A DNA stretch of 63,273 bases, the filler included, from Stramenopiles sp. TOSAG23-6 (Eukaryota), in NCBI GenBank assembly GCA_900128565.1. It is 11 parts of 11 records of this genome, joined end to end, with 100 filler letters (N's around TTAATTAATTAA, not from the genome) between each part and the next. Parts side by side here need not be neighbours in the genome. Positions count along the whole stretch, not along the records: positions 50,270 to 58,502 come from LT636466.1; positions 58,603 to 59,695 come from LT639742.1; positions 59,796 to 60,888 come from LT639743.1; positions 60,989 to 62,081 come from LT639744.1; positions 62,182 to 63,273 come from LT639745.1; 6 more parts are not named here. One strand, written 5' to 3'. The translations under genes and the position numbers were made by a program. Of the stretch, positions 56,028 to 63,273 are shown one piece after another. A model generated the notes under the pieces. The model worked only from the letters and a program-made list of their open reading frames with translations. It was not told the origin of the DNA and did not search any database. How positions within the stretch are numbered: position 1 is the first letter of the stretch; the number at the start of each line of letters is the position of its first letter.

Positions 56028-58502
56028 TTAGAATTTATAATGAGTAATTTCAGATTCTTTTGCAATTGCTTCATTTGCTTCAATATATAAATCTTCAAAT
56101 GTTTGGTTCTTTGAAGTCAAGTTATTCAATATTTTCCCTTTTGTTGGAATCATACTCCGATCAAAGTGTGCTATTTTCTTTTTGAAGACCAGTCCATATT
56201 TTTCTTGAACTTCCCTTGCTTTTGGTAGATAAGTACTTTTGTATAAATTTTCGCTTAATGTAATCAATGGTATCTTTTCATCTTTTTCAGCGACAAGCTG
56301 CACGTCTAATAATCTAACTAATACGGAACTATGCTCTTTTGTCAACTTTATTTTACCTTTACGGAGCAATTTGTCAATGCTTCTTTTCGGTGTATCTTCC
56401 TGTGATAGTTCATCCACTATTTCCTCTGTAAGTTGTCCTTGATACAAAGGAAGTATATACGAATCACTCATCACATATTCATGCTCATTAAATATAGGTA
56501 AAGCTGTCCAACCGACAGTCTTTAAGCAACGCTTACCTTTATGAACTGCTCCTAAATCAACACGGCGTACATCAATCAAAAGACAAGTCTCATCATCATA
56601 AGGAGTGTCGGTAAATGTTTTAAATCCATCTTCAAATTGTGGTGATTTCTGTAAAGAATCTTTTTTCACTTTGTGCAGGAATTCAACTTCATCTGTGAGT
56701 GCAGGATCTTGATAAAATGCAGCAGGAGGATTGAGACAATAAATTGCAGTATGAAGGCCAGATGAAAATACGACCGAACCCTTCAAATTGTGCATAGCAT
56801 CAATGGATACTTTGAAACCCATTTTTTCTTGATATTTCACAAGAAAACGAGAGTCAATCATACCGTCTGGATTTTTTTGTTTTTTAAACCACAATTCCAA
56901 CTTATCAGGGTCTCGAAGATCTTGTTGTATGTCCTCATCTTCGACAACTTTATCAAGAATTTCTTCAACAATTACACCAGGTCCTTTTTCCTTACGAATC
57001 TTGTACAACTCTCTTTCTGATTTGGATGGTTGACACAAAGATGAATCATACACGCGCTCATTATAGTGAGGTACATCTTCAATAATCCCCTCTGATAAAG
57101 CTTCTGCAAAAGTCATTCCTTCTGTGCTTACAAGATCTCCTAATTGATTAGTTATTGATTGTTTAATGCGAATTAGAATACTCGCACATGGAAGACGTAC
57201 AAGTTTTTGAAGTGCGTTGATAGAAAGAGCTTTCTTTGATTTAGGTGGTGATTGAAATAAGGGTAACTGAAATAAACCAGCATTAAGTGAAAAAGATTTT
57301 ACGTTATCATCTTTAGGCTGTGTCTTCATATCACTTTGATTACAAAAGACATTATGGACGGCATAACCAATACATTTATACTTCATTGTAACTTCTTCAA
57401 TCGTGTCTATTCGAAATAATAAAGTTGAAGTTGGTTTATAATCTCCAGAATGAAATTCACAACGGGCTCTCATGATAGGATTTGCAACTGGAGAGTTTAG
57501 ATGTGCATTGTAGAAACTCGGTTTATCTTGAGTAGTCCAATCAGATGTATGAAGACTGACTTTCACTCTACATAAAGTAGTGCTATCTGGAAGCCAACGA
57601 CAACCATCGATATATAGTTCAAATCCATCAGAAGACGTGAACTTTTCCTTTGGTGGATCAGTTCGTTTGACATTTAAGAATCCAACTAGTTCATTAATAT
57701 CAATATTTTCTGGTTCGTCGTCTTCGGCTACATCTTCAATTGTATCATCTTTCTTTTCAACTGTTTTCTTATTCTTTTCTTTTTTATCTTTTCCTTTCTT
57801 TGTTTTTTCTTTTTTTTCTTGTTTGGCGGCTATTTCCTCTTCTTCTTTCGCATTTGCTTCTTTCTGTTTCCTTTCCTCCAATGTGTCTTCCTGTGTCAGC
57901 GACACACTCAAGACAGCTTTGTCTGAAGATTCTTTTCTTTTTGAATACTTCCTTTTAAAAGGTTTCGATACTGGTGTATCATACATCTTTACTTTGCAAA
58001 TTTTCTTACCCAAAGCAGCTTTTATATCAAACAAAGATCCCCACATTATTGGATCATTCGGATATCCCTTCGCTTTATGTACTGTTAATACAATAGACGG
58101 TGGTTGACCCATTGTAAGATGAGTTAAATTCCAATCATCTGGGTCATCCTCATTCCAAATATATTCTAATTTCTTTTTCATAAATGAACCGTTATTTTCA
58201 CATTTTGCTTCACCAGTTTCAAATAAATATCCACCAACTCCTTCAACAGCAGACTTCCAAATATTCTTACCACCCCAAATCTCAGCTTTTACAATTAAAA
58301 GTCCTTGATCTTTTAAAGTAGACATATTTAGAACTTTCAGACTTACAGGCCCAGCACCAAAATTACCATCATCGGGACCAATTCCCAGTCCACCATCTGG
58401 TGTACTTTTAGCAGCCTTAAGCTCGGCTTCAACTTCTAACTTTGCAGCTGCCCTATCGGCCTCTTCATCTTGACCACTTTCTTTCTTCTTACGCATTTCT
58501 TG
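56028..58502 (-). CDS. Hypothetical protein with C2-like segments, 5'-truncated; intronless in this window
   Basis: 822-aa open frame; GFELYIDGCRWLPD, FQLPLFQ and VGWTALPIF..LPLYQG. Confidence 0.65.
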   Translation of the reverse strand, partial: QEMRKKKESGQDEEADRAAAKLEVEAELKAAKSTPDGGLGIGPDDGNFGAGPVSLKVLNMSTLKDQGLLIVKAEIWGGKNIWKSAVEGVGGYLFETGEAKCENNGSFMKKKLEYIWNEDDPDDWNLTHLTMGQPPSIVLTVHKAKGYPNDPIMWGSLFDIKAALGKKICKVKMYDTPVSKPFKRKYSKRKESSDKAVLSVSLTQEDTLEERKQKEANAKEEEEIAAKQEKKEKTKKGKDKKEKNKKTVEKKDDTIEDVAEDDEPENIDINELVGFLNVKRTDPPKEKFTSSDGFELYIDGCRWLPDSTTLCRVKVSLHTSDWTTQDKPSFYNAHLNSPVANPIMRARCEFHSGDYKPTSTLLFRIDTIEEVTMKYKCIGYAVHNVFCNQSDMKTQPKDDNVKSFSLNAGLFQLPLFQSPPKSKKALSINALQKLVRLPCASILIRIKQSITNQLGDLVSTEGMTFAEALSEGIIEDVPHYNERVYDSSLCQPSKSERELYKIRKEKGPGVIVEEILDKVVEDEDIQQDLRDPDKLELWFKKQKNPDGMIDSRFLVKYQEKMGFKVSIDAMHNLKGSVVFSSGLHTAIYCLNPPAAFYQDPALTDEVEFLHKVKKDSLQKSPQFEDGFKTFTDTPYDDETCLLIDVRRVDLGAVHKGKRCLKTVGWTALPIFNEHEYVMSDSYILPLYQGQLTEEIVDELSQEDTPKRSIDKLLRKGKIKLTKEHSSVLVRLLDVQLVAEKDEKIPLITLSENLYKSTYLPKAREVQEKYGLVFKKKIAHFDRSMIPTKGKILNNLTSKNQTFEDLYIEANEAIAKESEITHYKF

Positions 58503-59825
58503 NNNNNNNNNNNNNNNNNNNNNNNNNNNNNNNNNNNNNNNNNNNNTTAATTAATTAANNNNNNNNNNNNNNNNNNNNNNNNNNNNNNNNNNNNNNNNNN
58601 NNTTTTCATCATGGTGGTGGAGGAGGGGGAGAGGAGGATGATGATGATTACCACTATCCTCCTCTGCAAGAACAGTGTCACACCATCTACAGTATAAAAT
58701 ACAAATTATTTTATACCTGGTGGTTTCAGGTAGTAATAAAGCTATTTTAGTATATTATAATAATAAAAAAACAAAGAAGAAGAAGAAACTCTTCTTTAAA
58801 AAAAAATAACAAACAACAGCAGGGGGAATGATAAATTCACGCAAGATTTTTTCGAATTATTTTTTTAATTATTTATTATTACATACGAGGACTGTAGTAT
58901 TTATTTATTAAAAAAAGTAATCAGACCTATTATTATACGACTAGTAATATATCATAGTCTAATAATAGATACGTCATTTTTTGTTTTCATTGTTCTGTGT
59001 TCTGTGTACTCCACTCCTTCTTCTTTCTTTCCTTCTTTCTTTCCTTCTTTCTGTAGTGGAGTATGATCATTACTCGTATTTGACTTAAAGTTGCATCTAC
59101 ACAGGTAGTAACTTTCTTTTAACTAGTCCTATAATTATTAAAAATTATAATACATAGGCGTAGTCTAGGAAGTGCGGTCAAGAACTGTAGTCTTTTATGT
59201 CATAGTCCTCCTTGAAAAAAACTAATAAATAAAAAGAGGAGTTTAAATTGATTTGACTTTGTGCCTTCTTATTTTGACTCTACCGGTACGTACCGTAAAT
59301 AGACTAATATAAGTGGACTAAGTATTTGAAGAGGAGAGAAAGAGAGGTGTACAGAGGATATTATACAATGTTTATACATATTATACGACGTACTGGTGGA
59401 GAGATAGATGGTGGGGATTGTATTATATTATTTAGACTACTAATAAATAATGATTCATCACACACAACCAAGCAAGACCGCATCATCGATCACATCTCAA
59501 CAACGAACAACAACAACAACAAACGAAATAAAAAAAATGATTTATTTCTTTTTTTTTTTTTATTATAGATCCTCGTATACTGTACCATATTGGTAGAAGT
59601 CTAGAGAAGAAGAAGACGATTAATAATAATTATATAATTTTTTTATTATTTAATTTTATTATTAATTATATACAGTATACTGTATTATTTTTTTANNNNN
59701 NNNNNNNNNNNNNNNNNNNNNNNNNNNNNNNNNNNNNNNTTAATTAATTAANNNNNNNNNNNNNNNNNNNNNNNNNNNNNNNNNNNNNNNNNNNNTTTTT
59801 TTTGAAAAAAAAAAAAAAAACATAC

Positions 59826-60803
59826 ATTTGGAACTCTACTTTAAAAGTATAATCACCTCGTCGAAATCTCTTGTCTGTTCCAGTAACTTTAATTAAAGCG
59901 ATATAGTCATATTGTTTGTCTATACTAGAATGAAACATTTCGTTCATTGTTTTAGTCCTGAAATTAGGATAAAGTGGTTCATTACCGATTTCTGGGTACA
60001 CGCGATTAAATTTACTTTGATAACTTTTGACGGCATGTATTTTGGAAAAATAATTTGAAAAAAAAATTTTAAAAAAATTGTTAGGTACAAAATTTACTAT
60101 AAAAAAAAATTCGATTTTTTTTTTACCGGAAAAAAAAAAAAAATAAAACATACATCTCTAAACTCTTCCAAGCCCCTTTTAAAAATTGGATTTTGGATAG
60201 TTCTTTGAAGAAATTCTTTCATCTCGTGTGGAGAGTGGATAATCCTTTGAAGATATACTTTCATTTTGTGTGGTGAATCGATTAAGATTATGTATTGTAA
60301 AACATATTTTACATTTGAAATATGTTAATAAAAAATTGTAATGCATGAAATTTGACACAAAGAAAATAAATTCGAAATTGAATTTTGGAATGAATGATGA
60401 AAACGTATTTAAAAGACGATGTCACAGTTTTCGCACTCACAATGTAAGGGTTATCATCTGCATTAAAGACCAAAACAAAATCTTCTCGAAGTCCATTTTC
60501 GACAGCGGCAAAACTCTGTACCACATCAAAGTAAACAACTTCTTCACTTTCAGCCTCAGGAGACACATTTATTTTGGGAAAATATTGTTAGGTACAAAAT
60601 TTCGTATGAAAAATAAATTCGATTTTTGTGTTAAAAAAAAAATAAAACATACATGGGGCCAAGTCTTAGTTAGTTGCACTCGCTTCCCAGCAGTTACTGA
60701 TAACTGCGATATCGGGTTTTCCAGAAAATTGTGATGCGGGTACATTGATCTGAGTTGCGACATAGGAATGTCGTGTCTTTTAACAGCGCCCCTGTACGGG
60801 TGA
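59826..60803 (-). CDS. Internal exons of a hypothetical gene (60803-60653, 60566-60409, 60289-60154, 60034-59826) separated by family introns
   Basis: Introns 60567-60652 (GT..AT), 60290-60408 (AT..AT) and 60035-60153 (GT..AT) give one open frame; partial copies sit at both contig ends. Confidence 0.7.
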
Positions 60804-61058
60804 ATGTATTTTGGAAAAATATTTTGGAAAAATATTCGTTAGGTACAAAATTTTTATAAAAAAATAAATTCGATTTTTTTGTAAAAAANNNNNNNNNNNN
60901 NNNNNNNNNNNNNNNNNNNNNNNNNNNNNNNNTTAATTAATTAANNNNNNNNNNNNNNNNNNNNNNNNNNNNNNNNNNNNNNNNNNNNTTCGTAATATCT
61001 GAATTTTTTCCTGCGAAAATTTGTTTATCAATCAATTGTTGAAAATATAAATGCAGGT

Positions 61059-61475
61059 TTGTATGATAAAGATTTTATGACGAGAACGAAAAGTACAACT
61101 GTAAAATTTGACACTAATGATGTGTTTGAAGGCTTATGTGACAAACGTGGTGATGTCGAATGTATGTTTTTTTTTTTTTTTTTTTTTTTTTTTTTNNNNN
61201 NNNNNNNNNNNNNNNNNNNNNNNNNNNNNNNNNNNNNNNNNNNNNNNNNTTTGTACCTAACAACTTATTTTTTTTTTTTGAAAAAAAATTTTGAAATATT
61301 TTTCCAAAATACATGTAGAAAAATTTTAGAGTTAATTTTACATGATGATTTTCAAATTCAAATTCAAAAAAAAACTGAAAAAATAAGATATATGTCGTTA
61401 GATGACAAAATATTTTGGATATGTAATTCAAGATTTATTCGAGATTTTCGTTATTTATGCACAAATTGTATGTAT

Positions 61476-61523
<48 letters not shown>

Positions 61524-61992
61524 GAAAATTTTTTTCCCAAAAAAAAAAAAAAAAAAAAAAAAATATTTTTTACATTTTATGTAATAAATGTAAACTATTG
61601 ATATTAGCAGCATCACAACTGGGTTGTAAAATTATTGAGCATTCAAAAACGATTGCAATTTTTACCGAATTTAGTCAATTTCTTACACTACATAATTGTA
61701 ATATGATTCGCCATGTATGTTTTCAGAATCAATTGTAAAAAAATGTAAAAAAATGTAAAAAAATGAAAATATTTTTACATCAATTTTAAATTTTAAAAAT
61801 TTTTTTTAAAAAATATTTCAAAAAAAAAAAAAAAAATTGTAGTAAATTTTGTACCTAACAAAAAAAAAATGAAAATATTGTCCAACAATTCTTTGGATGG
61901 TTCGTAATTTATTATCAGAGGATATTGTGGCTTATATTATCAAATGCATTGGTTGTTTCTCTAAAGAATCACAATTTGCTGAATTACGAAAT
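61059..61992 (+). CDS. Internal exons of a hypothetical gene separated by family introns 61162-61314, 61468-61580 and 61715-61893
   Basis: All three joins are in frame; the homopolymer tracts are expanded and one intron has an internal N gap. Confidence 0.55.
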
Positions 61993-62181
61993 GTACGTTT
62001 TTTTTTTTTGAATTTCAAAATTTTTTTTTTTTTTTTCATACGAAATTTTGTACCTAACAAATTTTTTTTAGATTTTTTTTTNNNNNNNNNNNNNNNNNNN
62101 NNNNNNNNNNNNNNNNNNNNNNNNNTTAATTAATTAANNNNNNNNNNNNNNNNNNNNNNNNNNNNNNNNNNNNNNNNNNNN

Positions 62182-63273
62182 CAATCAGCTGATTTTTTGG
62201 AAGAATCATTACTAGAATTAGCTCTACGACGTCATTTCATGCCAGCTATTTGTAATGCTTTACCGAGATTATCGAACCCTCGTGTTATTGCAGTATGGGC
62301 AAAGAGGCGTAGTGAAGAAGAGTATATTGTATTAAAGCAAATAGCGGTAAACGAAAACCAGGTAGAAGATGAAATGATGGATGATGTAGCAACTCGATGT
62401 CGAAGAGCTTCTGAATTAGAAAAATGTACTCAAAGAATTGGTGCATTATTTATGTTAGCAGCCGCACTCGTACGTCGAAGTCATTCGCGAGATCCAGAGT
62501 TTGGTCTCAATGTGAACTCTGAATCATGTAGTGCAATTGAATCTCGTATGAATATTGCTTATGTTAAGCGACAACAAGCGACTGCATTGAAGTGTTTTGT
62601 TTTGCCCTTTACATCGTATGACACAAATATATTAAGAAATCATTGTGATGCGAGACGTGAAAACTTAAAGCAGTATGAAGTGACCAAGTTAGAAGAGCAG
62701 AAGCAGTGGCATCATATGGCAAACATAGCTGGTATTTATTTCGATGGTATATATGATTCAAAAAATAGTACACATTCACGATCAAAAAGTCGTTGTCGTT
62801 CTACAAGTAATGGAAGTGTAGAGACTGTAGAAATGAAGAATGTAACATCTATAGAAGCATTAAATCTAAATGTTGGACATTTTGGTTCGGATTTGGAATC
62901 TGAAGATTCTAGTAAACTTTTTATTGATCGAATTATTTCACTTATCAATAATCGGATTGGAGAAATTGCCGAAAATAAGGAAACGACAAACATGATTCAA
63001 TATCCACCAAATTCTTTATGGGAACTTTTAGAAATGTATGAACGAGTATCGAATGTCGCAGAGATTACACAAACAGTTCATTCTGTAATATTATATACTG
63101 TTATTGACATGGCAATTTCTCGTGATCCTCATGCATGCCCAACTTCTATCGCATTTGAAGTTGCATCTACTCTCAAACTACCAGCTGTACTCCGTGATGT
63201 TCTCTTAAGCTTATGGCGACTTGATTCTGGCCACGAGCCAGAAAAGTCTGCATCTTTATTATCGTCCCCTTTA
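62182..63273 (+). CDS. ELYS/HOS1-like nucleoporin domain protein, partial at both ends (absent from the ORF track)
   Basis: Open frame from 62182: LFIDRII..YPPNSLWELL..SVILYTVID..LKLP..LSLWRLD..KSASLLSSP, matching the ELYS helical-domain pattern. Confidence 0.6.

Noticed and set aside
58603-59696. Gene or ncRNA in this 1.1-kb contig, and TACAGTA/TACTGTA-rich motifs here and at 440-640
   Set aside because: The sequence is low-complexity, with no convincing ORF, RNA structure or defined repeat unit.
5473-62081. Ciliate-like DNA-eliminated sequences (IES with pointer repeats)
   Set aside because: Strict sense orientation together with donor and branch-like motifs favours RNA splicing. It is not formally excluded without reads.

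Overview
This is AT-rich eukaryotic (protist, probably stramenopile-like) genomic DNA. It consists of 11 unrelated contigs (seven of about 8.2-8.4 kb, four of about 1.1 kb) joined by artificial N/TTAATTAATTAA/N linkers, so there is no synteny across linkers. Recognisable genes include an ankyrin/WW kinesin-14, FKBP, a MARK/AMPK-like kinase, a DCD-domain protein, kinesin-4, RRP4, UCH37, an EF-hand protein, a USP9/24/34-like protein, an FHA-RING ligase, PRP38, a PX-histidine phosphatase, a bacterial-type phospholipase C, TFIIH p62, a Vps62/PH/ankyrin/FYVE protein and an ELYS-like fragment. The main discovery is a family of about 40 related intervening sequences, mostly 86-100 nt. Their consensus is GTA(T/C)GTTTT..U-tract..TTTCGTACGAAATTTTGTACCTAAC..TTGAAATATTTTTCCAAAATAC-NN. 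They interrupt genes in the sense orientation, and their removal restores conserved protein motifs. They almost never end in AG: by manual reading about 25 of 32 complete copies end in AT, the rest in TT, GG, GT or AG, and they start with GT, GC, GA or AT. Short direct repeats span the junctions. They look like introner-derived, AG-independent non-canonical introns. They coexist with an ordinary GT-AG intron in RRP4, which itself contains a nested copy. All splice models are inferred from reading frame and homology, with no RNA evidence. The 8.2-kb palindrome and the 200-bp terminal inverted repeat are judged to be assembly or amplification artefacts.
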